A DNA stretch of 64,000 bases from Candidatus Delongbacteria bacterium (GTDB taxonomy: Bacteria; CAIWAD01), in the NCBI GenBank assembly GCA_963663545.1, contig OY760505.1, positions 2,016,001-2,080,000 of the forward strand, read 5' to 3'. Below are positions 48,701-55,991 of this stretch, one piece after another; position 1 is the stretch's first letter; the number at the start of each line of letters is the position of its first letter. The notes beneath the pieces were generated by a model that was not told the DNA's origin, did not search any database, and saw only the letters and a list, made by a program, of their open reading frames with translations. The translations under genes and the position numbers were made by a program.

Positions 48701-49940
48701 TTCCACCGAAATCGCTGGTGTAATACTGGCGTGTATCACCGCCTCCTGAGAAAAGGTCACCATAACCAGCGCTGTAGACGTATTCTCCCTGAGCGTAGGC
48801 GTCAATGCGGCTTCCATAGTTGGTGAAGCAGGCCGGGTCGCGATCCACATCTGCTGCGCCGACGATGATAGCGCCGCTGTCTCTGTATCCCAGGTCATAG
48901 ATACTGTTGTAGTACACGTTGTCCATTGGCACACAACCATTGGCTGCGCTGTTGACCACAATGCGACCATTGGCTGTGATGGTCTGGATCGCCTCGAAGT
49001 CCGCCTGGTTGGACTCTGCGGGCTGACTTCCTGCCTGTAGCGGATTGCAGGAACAGTTGTAGCCACTGGGCAGACTACCGCCATAACCCCAGGATGCCGC
49101 GATGATGTCACCCTCTTCCAGATGGTTGGAGGCGCGGATCCAAGCTGAGGCAGAACCGTTGTCGATTCCACTGCAGCTGATTTCGTCAACGCCGTGCGCC
49201 AGCCCTGTGATACCGTAGGCATTTTGCACGGCTGCCAGGATTGAGACACAAGCCGTACCGTGATCGCGCCAGTTTGTATCACTCATGTTTCCGCCGCCCA
49301 GGTAGACGAGATCGAAATCTTCGTGATCCAGATACCAGCCGCCTTCTACGTGGCAAATGCTGATGCCGTTACCATCTCCGTTTTCTTCGGCCCAGGCTGT
49401 GCTGATGCCCACACCTGTGGGAGCCGCATTCATGTAGCTCTGGTAGCTTTCGTACAGGGGCGTTGTGGGGGGAATATCCGCAGCGAGTAGAATGGGCACA
49501 CCAACAGCGCTGGCGGAGCGAATGTGCTGGTTCTGAGCGAGTTGTTCTGCCAGCTTGCGCGCCGCTTCTTCACTGGGTAAGACGCAGCTATACCAATTGT
49601 TGAGGTTCGGCAGGTTGTGGTGCACGCGCGCTTCGCCCTTACTGCGGAGCTCGTTCAGCACTTTTGCGGAGTGTTCGGCAAACAGGCGCGCAATGTCTGT
49701 TGCGCCAAATTGCGCGAGCAAGTCTTCTATGTCGGAGTACTCCCACTTCTGACTGCTGCTGAAATCACGGCCGTGGAGCTCGACTTGTGACACATCGTCA
49801 AAGGCAAATTCGACCCTTGCCTTGGAGTAGTAGCCGGAATCCGGCCTGGGCAGTATGTGCTGTGCCCGGGCGATGTGAGAACCCGCCAGGAGAAACGTCA
49901 GCATCATCACTAGGAGTAAGTGTGGCACTGACTTGTACAT
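45765..49940 (-). CDS. Secreted S8 (subtilisin-like) serine protease with multiple Ig/beta-sandwich domains
   Basis: GGAGG SD, signal peptide and propeptide, ICHVEGGW..DHED, DHGTACV, SAANG, FGGTSGACPIVAG, repeated P.I.HTPL Ig-like modules. Confidence 0.88.
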   Translation of the reverse strand: MYKSVPHLLLVMMLTFLLAGSHIARAQHILPRPDSGYYSKARVEFAFDDVSQVELHGRDFSSSQKWEYSDIEDLLAQFGATDIARLFAEHSAKVLNELRSKGEARVHHNLPNLNNWYSCVLPSEEAARKLAEQLAQNQHIRSASAVGVPILLAADIPPTTPLYESYQSYMNAAPTGVGISTAWAEENGDGNGISICHVEGGWYLDHEDFDLVYLGGGNMSDTNWRDHGTACVSILAAVQNAYGITGLAHGVDEISCSGIDNGSASAWIRASNHLEEGDIIAASWGYGGSLPSGYNCSCNPLQAGSQPAESNQADFEAIQTITANGRIVVNSAANGCVPMDNVYYNSIYDLGYRDSGAIIVGAADVDRDPACFTNYGSRIDAYAQGEYVYSAGYGDLFSGGGDTRQYYTSDFGGTSGACPIVAGALATLQAIYKSRYDGAVLDAWQMRTLLRNTGTPQASASGSKPISNMPNMEELIDAISGGAPDTTPPVIQHTPLSNQAGNGPWPVSAQVSDISGIACATLFWRSNGGLWGSVLMSAIGSSYSAVIPAQADGSVVEYYITATDGSPEANSATSTVWSFTVLTATSGIVLLTPSESTYSDGDAWESALADAGYNGVIQNVNDLDGVALGAETDALIVLLGIYSRNFVVEENSSTAAAITTFMQEGGLVYMEGGDCWAYDPNHGGYEFCTMFGVTGNSDGTGDLSTVVGQPPASGNHSYSGANAWIDRLGSSGATLLFSNEEAGYNCGYYQNGDIRSVAVSFELAGLSDFDEIVAALFGDELFGVLSPDPCENDSEAPCITHTPLSDTSDTLGPYDVIADLYDNCALDDVSLEYRVDGNEWSVVDFEPDDNTWAGSIPGQSAGGLIEYRITASDHNANETQQAWSFTVFYTPAPPHFSFEPAQINAEVDAGASVTAQLMLQNTGEQTLTWDAFVSQNTLCGESREQPFEPLALAKDQRDPRTPAFAGRSSIADGGGYLWRDSNEPDGPTVSFIDISVSGTALALEDDANSGPLELGFPFHYYGDTYTRVNVCSNGWVSFTATSNEYANQQIPTPDELNALIAPMWDDFNPASGGDVYYESRSECFIVQWDEVPRFNEDGAYTFELILHRDGRVEFQYAELSTTLDSATIGIESADGSCGTQIAFNTDYLCSNMAIVLEHNDEDPWLSVSQNSGSLAQGEQDTLLLTMNATTMSGGVFSGQLSIVTNEPGRIQTYVIPVLLDVSSPDSDPPVILLDCLGDTFIPDSRDVTVLVSDASSLEIVSLHWSSEGSGDTIIMYHNGDHQYSAVLPVIAAGQMLSYFVEACDNWGNTDSSEVCSYEVRQLTAPGLTLSIVDSEELELRWSEVEGALFYRLYCAGADGVWYELATSCEPCCLISPHEDEVCSFKVTAVAE

Positions 49941-50123
49941 GATTCCTCCATTTGGCGATCCCTTTGCCCCGTGTTCGCGCCATACGCTACCTACCCGCAA
50001 CTGCGGGCGGAATTGGCCGGGTTTTATAGGGTCGATCGGGCAAAGCCAAAGCTAGACAAGACAGTGTGGAATGCAATGGAAAAATGCGTGTTACATAAAG
50101 TCCAGATGAAGTAGCGCTACTTC

Positions 50124-50152
50124 TTGACACCTGAACATGTGTTTAGTATTCT
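50124..50152 (+). promoter_or_regulatory. Sigma-70 promoter of lexA with an SOS-box-like operator in the spacer
   Basis: TTGACA (50124) - 17 nt - TATTCT (50147). TGAACATGTGTTTA (50132-50145) matches GAAC-N4-GTTY. Confidence 0.75.
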
Positions 50153-50175
50153 GTGAACACCAACAGGAGGCAAGC

Positions 50176-50814
50176 ATGAGCCCTAGACAGCAAAACCAAA
50201 ACTTGACCAGTCGCCAGGAAGAGGTCCTGCGCTACATTCAGGAGCAGGTTGAGGAGCAGGGGTCGCCGCCAAGCTATCGAGAAATTGGTGAGCAGTTCGG
50301 CATTCGCTCCACAAATGGCGTGAAGGTTATTCTGGATGCTCTTGAGCGGAAGGGCCACCTGCGTCGACGTGCCAACCGCGCGCGGAGTCTGGAGCCAGTA
50401 GACGTGCCTCCTACGCCCAAAGAGCTGGGCGCTGTTACGGTGCCGCTGATCGGACGGGTGGCAGCGGGAGATCCCATTCTTGCTACGGGCAACGTGGAAG
50501 ACCTGCTGCAGGTTGACGCCTCGCTCGTTCGTCAGGATGATTCCTTTGCCCTGGAAGTGCACGGCGAAAGCATGGTCGAAGCCGGGATTCTTGATGGCGA
50601 TATCGTTGTCGCGCGAGTGCAGGATACGGCCCGCGCCGGCGAGCTGGTGGTGGCGCTGATCGGCGAAGAAGCAACGGTCAAGTTCTTCTTTCCGGAGGGA
50701 GACCGTGTGCGCTTGCAGCCAGCTAACGGATCCTACAAGCCCATTATCGTTGACAAGGCGTCGGAGGAGTTTCGCATTGCGGGCAAGGTGACGGGCCTGA
50801 TGCGTCGCATGTAG
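50176..50814 (+). CDS. lexA: SOS repressor LexA
   Basis: AGGAGG SD, LT.RQ..PPSYREIG, L.ALERKG.L.R...RAR, GRVAAG cleavage site, GESM, EATVK. Confidence 0.96.
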   Translation: MSPRQQNQNLTSRQEEVLRYIQEQVEEQGSPPSYREIGEQFGIRSTNGVKVILDALERKGHLRRRANRARSLEPVDVPPTPKELGAVTVPLIGRVAAGDPILATGNVEDLLQVDASLVRQDDSFALEVHGESMVEAGILDGDIVVARVQDTARAGELVVALIGEEATVKFFFPEGDRVRLQPANGSYKPIIVDKASEEFRIAGKVTGLMRRM

Positions 50815-50848
50815 CGCGTGGCTCGTCAAGTGGATTCGGAGTTCAGCC

Positions 50849-51106
50849 ATGCGCTACGAAGAAATCGGTGATCCCATTGAGGTCATTACGCTCTTTCGTG
50901 AGGGCAAGATGCGCCCGTTAAAATTCCGCTGGAAGAACGATGTCTTTCGCATTGATCGCATCAATGGAGGATGGATCAGCGACGAAGGCTACAACCGGCG
51001 TCGGCATTATGCGGTGTGCGCCAATGAATCACCGGATGTCTATGAACTGAGCTATTCCATCGAAACGATGAACTGGGAGCTTACCCGTGTCTGCCTGGTT
51101 GGATGA
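50849..51106 (+). CDS. Small beta-rich protein, DUF6504 / ImuB-C-terminal-like
   Basis: PIEV...P.KFRWK...FRI.RI.G.W......R.HY.V......YEL......WEL pattern. GGAG SD. Lies between lexA and dinB. Confidence 0.6.
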   Translation: MRYEEIGDPIEVITLFREGKMRPLKFRWKNDVFRIDRINGGWISDEGYNRRRHYAVCANESPDVYELSYSIETMNWELTRVCLVG

Positions 51107-52406
51107 GCATCAAACAGGCAAGGCGCTTTCTCTCGGCGGCTATCCGGTTGCTATTCTGCACGTGGATATGGATGCCTTTTTTGCTGCCATCGAGCAGCGC
51201 GACAATCCGGAATTGCGCGGTAAGCCGGTGATTATCGGTGGAGGTCCGCCTCCATGGCAGAAGCAAGGACCGGAACCGCGGCAGGAAGACAAGCAGGCAG
51301 GACGCGAAGCCCCTTGGTCGCGACGTGGAGTGGTCACTACCTGTTCGTATGAGGCGCGTGCGTTCGGTGTTCACTCAGGAATGCCTATTGTAGAAGCGTG
51401 GCGCTTGTGCCCCAATGGTATTTACATGCCGGGATCACATGGGAAATACGGTGATGCGTCACGCAGGGTAATGTCGGTGCTGGAACGCTTCAGTCCAGAC
51501 GTTGAGCCGGTAAGCGTAGATGAAGCATTCATCGATGTGACACATAGCCAGTATCTGTTTGGAAATCCGTGGGCAATTGCGCGCTCCATACAGCGTCAGG
51601 TCAAGGAAGAAACAGATCTGACGTGCTCGGTAGGCATCGGCGGGCATCGTCTATTAGCCAAAATGGCCTCGAAAATGCGCAAACCGGCGGGGATCTTTGA
51701 GATTCCTGCGGAACGCGCCAGGGAAATTTTCGCGCCCATGCCGGTGCTGAAAATGCATGGTATTGGGCCGTCAACGGCCAAGGCGCTGCAGAAGCTTGGC
51801 ATACATACGCTGGGTGAACTGGCTGAGTATCCCGACCGTGTCCTGGTGGAACACTTTGGTCCTGCAGGCGCACGTTCCTTGAAGATGCGAGCGCGGGGTG
51901 AAGGTGGGCGTGTAACTCGTCCTTTTGGAAACAAAGATGTGGAGAAATCTATCGGGCACGAACGCACCTTTGGGCGCAATATCACCACCATGGAATCCCT
52001 CGAAGCGGAATTGCTGGATCTGGTGGAGCGCGTTTGTCGTCGCATGCGGGCGGGTGGATATATCGGTACCCTTGTGAATTTGCGATTGCGCGACGCCGAG
52101 TTCGTCACGCTACATCGTCAGGCTCCGCTTTCCGAGCCAGGGAGTTGCGAGAGCCAGATCTTTGACACGGCGCGTCTTCTACTTCGACAGAATTGGGTTT
52201 GTGGCAGCCCTGTACGGCTACTGGGAGTTTCTGTTGGGCGTCTGTTGCCTGCTGGTGACGGTAACACCCAAGGACACCTGTGGTTTGGCGAACAGAGATG
52301 CAAAGAGGCGGCAATTGGAACCGCGATGGATGAACTACAGGGACGCTGGGGAAGTCGCTTGGTCAGTAGGTGTTCGGCTGCTATGCGTCACAAGGTGCGA
52401 AAATAA
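51087..52406 (+). CDS. dinB: Y-family DNA polymerase IV
   Basis: HVDMDAFFAAIE, SYEARAFGV.SGMP, SVDEAFID, LAKMAS..KPAG, KSIGHERTF, C-terminal clamp-binding-like QGHLW. Confidence 0.93.
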   Translation: MSAWLDEHQTGKALSLGGYPVAILHVDMDAFFAAIEQRDNPELRGKPVIIGGGPPPWQKQGPEPRQEDKQAGREAPWSRRGVVTTCSYEARAFGVHSGMPIVEAWRLCPNGIYMPGSHGKYGDASRRVMSVLERFSPDVEPVSVDEAFIDVTHSQYLFGNPWAIARSIQRQVKEETDLTCSVGIGGHRLLAKMASKMRKPAGIFEIPAERAREIFAPMPVLKMHGIGPSTAKALQKLGIHTLGELAEYPDRVLVEHFGPAGARSLKMRARGEGGRVTRPFGNKDVEKSIGHERTFGRNITTMESLEAELLDLVERVCRRMRAGGYIGTLVNLRLRDAEFVTLHRQAPLSEPGSCESQIFDTARLLLRQNWVCGSPVRLLGVSVGRLLPAGDGNTQGHLWFGEQRCKEAAIGTAMDELQGRWGSRLVSRCSAAMRHKVRK

Positions 52407-52411
52407 GAGGC

Positions 52412-52696
52412 TTAGTTGCTGGCCTCGGGCTGATTCGCCTCGGTCTCTCGCGCGGAAACCGGGAAAGACTCGTTGGCATGACCATTGAAGCTGAGTGGGA
52501 TGGGATGATCCTCGTCCTCTGCGAGCTTTGTCGCCATTCGCTCTTCAAGCTCTGCGTGCAACATTGCTGTTCCCGAAAGGATTAGCTTGATCGCCTCCGG
52601 GTTGGCTCCTTCTTGCAGCAGAGTGCTGGCGGCATTGTTCAGTCGAATCAATGCGTCGGCAAAAGTGCGGTAGCGAATGAGGTCTTGTTTTTCCAT
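52412..52696 (-). CDS. Hypothetical protein
   Basis: GGAG SD. 94 aa helical ORF filling the gap between dinB and the next gene. Confidence 0.6.
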   Translation of the reverse strand: MEKQDLIRYRTFADALIRLNNAASTLLQEGANPEAIKLILSGTAMLHAELEERMATKLAEDEDHPIPLSFNGHANESFPVSARETEANQPEASN

Positions 52697-52925
52697 TTCT
52701 CCAGTACCAGTCCGGTTTCTCTTTCTGATTCAGCAAGATCCGTACCATTCACAAATGATGGTCTTAGTTTGTTGTTTCTATGCGAGATAAAGGAATTGTT
52801 GTGGGTCAAAATCGTCACCAAGGTTGTTCAAGAACCGTCATCCTTGTGGAAAGACAAGTTGACATGGGCAAAAAACCTCATTCTCCTCTAACTTGGCAGG
52901 GACAATATTTATCCAGATAACCCAT

Positions 52926-54746
52926 ATGGGGACACAAGTGCACAAGATCCGTCAGGCACGAACAGCCATCCTGCTACTAGTGGCATTTCTTCTTGCCGTT
53001 TTCTCGTCCGTGATACAGGCGCAGCCGACAGATCGAGACGCGAATCTTCGTAGCAGAGCACTCCAGTTGCGTTCCGCAGGTGATTTCCGAGGTTCCTTGA
53101 ACCTTCTGACTCAACTGTCGGAAAGGCAACCCACAGCCGCCAATTTCAGTGCACTTCTGGATCTGCAGGGTTTGCTCAAGGATCCAGAGGGAGTCGATCA
53201 AACCATCTCTCGATTGACTCCACTAATTCAAGGCTGGCCAGATCATATCCGAAGCCGAGACGACCTGCGTTTGGCGACCTCTGTAGCTGAGGCGATGTAC
53301 CAGACAAATCGCCATCAGGAGGCGGACAGCCTTTGGGAGCTCCTGAAGAAACAAGCAAACAACGAACAGCTGGCGCAGGAGCTATTTTCCAGTTATCGGC
53401 GTGTCCGGCGATATGACCATGCAGAAAACTATGCTATTGAGGTACGCGGCAAATTTAGCCAGCCTGACCTGTGGGCCCTAAACCTGGCATCGATGTATGA
53501 GGAGCAGGGCTTCTGCCAAAAATCATTTGATGAATACAAACTCTACCTCGACAAGGGAAAATCTTCCGCTACGCTAGTTGCGCGACGCTTGTTGATCTTG
53601 GCTGAGAAATGTCGTGATGACGAGGCCTTCTTCGAGCACATGTACAAGTGTGCCTTGGCCGAGGGACGCGGAGTAAAGCCACCTGTGTTACCGTTGCAAG
53701 TAATGGAGGTTCTTGTCCAGACGGGTCATTTCAGGTTATCAATTGAGCTTGCCTGGGCATTGGATAGTGGCGATGGAGCCATTCCATTCTCTTTGGCAAA
53801 GACGCTGGTGGCAGACCACCGCGGAGATTTGGCTTTACTAATCCTGGATAGGCTGCGAGAACGAAAGGACGCTGTGTCACAAGCTCAGGACTTTGCCTTT
53901 CAGCGTGCCCAATCCCTTGCGCTGTGCAATCGGCCCGAGGAGGCCATTTCCGCCTACCAGGAAGTAATTGAGCAGGGCGGCCCCCTTCGCTGGACGGCAG
54001 GTCTGGAGGCGGCGCGGTTACTGCATCGTCCCTTACTTAGGCCGGAAGAGGCGGCGGCTCAGTTGGACGACATGCTGCGACAGGCGGGGCAAACGGAAGC
54101 GCAGCTTCTGCAAATTCGCTTGCTCGGTGGCCTTGAACGCTATCAGGAGGCCCGGGAGCTGCGACAAGGTGCCAGCAGCAGGGCAAGAGGCGAAGCGCAA
54201 GCCGAGCTGGAATTCTTGCAGGTGGAATTGGCCCTGTGGCAGGGTAACCTGAAGGAAGCACGCCTGGCGCTACCAGGCTTTCTACAGAGTCGAAGTCAGC
54301 ATGCGCTCTTTAATGATGCGATCGAGCTGATGGATCTGCTGGCGTTTGCCGCTACAGACTCTCAGACGGTTGTGTTGGCTGGAAAGGCGCGGCGCCTGGC
54401 CTGGCTGGGGCAGACGCGTGCCGCTCTTGATGTGTATCACGAAGCCTCAGCAAGTGGAGGCCCTGCTGCAGAGTGGCTCGATTGGCAGGCCGTTGAGCTC
54501 GCGTGCCGCGAACTGCCACCCGAAGAGGCCATGCTTGTCGTAGACATGTATGCGACGCGGCATTCCGACTCCATCCGCCTGGATCGATTGGCGTGGTACA
54601 GAATCGATTTAATGGAAGCGCAGCACTATCCTGTTCGCGATGTGTTGGCCGCCTGTGAGGAGATGTTGCGGGAATGGCCCGACTCCATTTTACAGGATCA
54701 AATTAGACGCAGGATCCGCAAGCTGGAGGAAAACGGCATTGACTAA
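52926..54746 (+). CDS. Exported TPR-like helical repeat protein
   Basis: Signal peptide and repeated TPR-like helices (A...Y..VI, WPDSIL). Start codon uncertain (52926 or 52938). Confidence 0.7.
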   Translation: MGTQVHKIRQARTAILLLVAFLLAVFSSVIQAQPTDRDANLRSRALQLRSAGDFRGSLNLLTQLSERQPTAANFSALLDLQGLLKDPEGVDQTISRLTPLIQGWPDHIRSRDDLRLATSVAEAMYQTNRHQEADSLWELLKKQANNEQLAQELFSSYRRVRRYDHAENYAIEVRGKFSQPDLWALNLASMYEEQGFCQKSFDEYKLYLDKGKSSATLVARRLLILAEKCRDDEAFFEHMYKCALAEGRGVKPPVLPLQVMEVLVQTGHFRLSIELAWALDSGDGAIPFSLAKTLVADHRGDLALLILDRLRERKDAVSQAQDFAFQRAQSLALCNRPEEAISAYQEVIEQGGPLRWTAGLEAARLLHRPLLRPEEAAAQLDDMLRQAGQTEAQLLQIRLLGGLERYQEARELRQGASSRARGEAQAELEFLQVELALWQGNLKEARLALPGFLQSRSQHALFNDAIELMDLLAFAATDSQTVVLAGKARRLAWLGQTRAALDVYHEASASGGPAAEWLDWQAVELACRELPPEEAMLVVDMYATRHSDSIRLDRLAWYRIDLMEAQHYPVRDVLAACEEMLREWPDSILQDQIRRRIRKLEENGID

Positions 54747-55989
54747 GCAAGCTGCACTACTTCTGTTGCTCCTGCCCGTTATTGCCATGGGGAAGATCCT
54801 GATTCCTATGGACACTGTGCAGCGTGATCATTTGAAGGCATACGGCATTGCCTGGTGGTCACTGCAGCACGGAGTAAATGTTGAATGGCTACTGAATTAC
54901 CGCGGCGGCAGCTTCATGCTGGATAGTTTTGAGGGGCTTGAACGCGAACTGCGAGTTCGCGGTGTCAGCTACGAGCAGGTCGGCGGCGCGCAGGTCGCCT
55001 CCCTCTACGCAGAGATTGAGAATCAAAACATGGAGCGTGTCCTGCTGGAAATGGCGACGAAGATCGCCATTTATACTCCGCCCACAAGTCAGCCCTGGGA
55101 TGATGCTGTCACCCTGGTGCTTAGTTATGCGGAGATTGAATACACAACCTTATGGGATGAAGAAGTCCTGCGCGGCGACCTGAAGGACATCGACTGGCTG
55201 CATTTGCATCACGAGGACTTCACCGGGCAGTACGGAAAGTTCTATGCCTCGTATCACGGGGCAGAATGGTACCAGCGCCAACAGCGGGAGTTTGAGGAAC
55301 TGGCGACCCGTCTTGGCTTTGCCAAGGTATCACGCGAGAAATTGGCCGTGGCACTGGAGATTCGCGACTATGTTGAAAACGGCGGCTTTCTGTTTGCCAT
55401 GTGCAGTGCAACAGACAGTTACGACATAGCGCTGGCGGCGATGAACACGGATATTTGCGACGAAGTCTTTGATGGCGATCCACCGGCGCCAAATTGTCAA
55501 CAACAATTGGATTACAATCAGTGCCTTGCCTTCAAGGATTTTGTGGTCTACACCGATCCCATGGTGTATGAGTTCTCCGACATCGATGCCTCGCCGGTAA
55601 ATGGACGCAGCGTTCCTCAGGAACAGGACTGGTTCAGCCTTTTTGAATTTTCTGCGAAGTGGGATCCGGTACCCACCATGCTGACCCAGTGTCACACAGG
55701 CCTGATCAAAGGCTTCATGGGGCAATCGACAGCCTTTCACCGCGACAAGATCAAGGATCATGTAATCATTTTGGGCGAAAACGAGCGACTGGGCGAAGTG
55801 CGCTACTTGCACGGTACAGCAGGCAAGGGGAGCTTCTGCTTTTACGGAGGTCATGATCCAGAGGATTACCGGCATATGGTCGGCGACCCTGAAACCCAAC
55901 TCAGCCTGTACCGCAACTCGCCCGGCTATCGGCTCATTTTGAATAACGTGCTCTTTCCCGCTGCCAAGAAGAAGAAGCAGAAGACCTGA
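54739..55989 (+). CDS. Conserved exported FCB-group protein of unknown function (family often labelled 'asparagine synthetase B')
   Basis: GGAGG SD with TTG start, signal peptide, ILIPMD..Q..HLKAYG, WLLNYRGGSF, QPWDDAVT, LHHEDFTGQYGKF, FAMCSATD, GGHDPEDY. Confidence 0.75.
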   Translation: MTKQAALLLLLLPVIAMGKILIPMDTVQRDHLKAYGIAWWSLQHGVNVEWLLNYRGGSFMLDSFEGLERELRVRGVSYEQVGGAQVASLYAEIENQNMERVLLEMATKIAIYTPPTSQPWDDAVTLVLSYAEIEYTTLWDEEVLRGDLKDIDWLHLHHEDFTGQYGKFYASYHGAEWYQRQQREFEELATRLGFAKVSREKLAVALEIRDYVENGGFLFAMCSATDSYDIALAAMNTDICDEVFDGDPPAPNCQQQLDYNQCLAFKDFVVYTDPMVYEFSDIDASPVNGRSVPQEQDWFSLFEFSAKWDPVPTMLTQCHTGLIKGFMGQSTAFHRDKIKDHVIILGENERLGEVRYLHGTAGKGSFCFYGGHDPEDYRHMVGDPETQLSLYRNSPGYRLILNNVLFPAAKKKKQKT

Positions 55990-55991
55990 TC

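Noticed and set aside
51103..51231. ATG overlapping the stop of the small gene, suggesting a frameshifted dinB start
   Set aside because: That frame closes after about 42 codons. dinB has an in-frame GTG at 51087 with a GGGAG SD, so no frameshift is needed.
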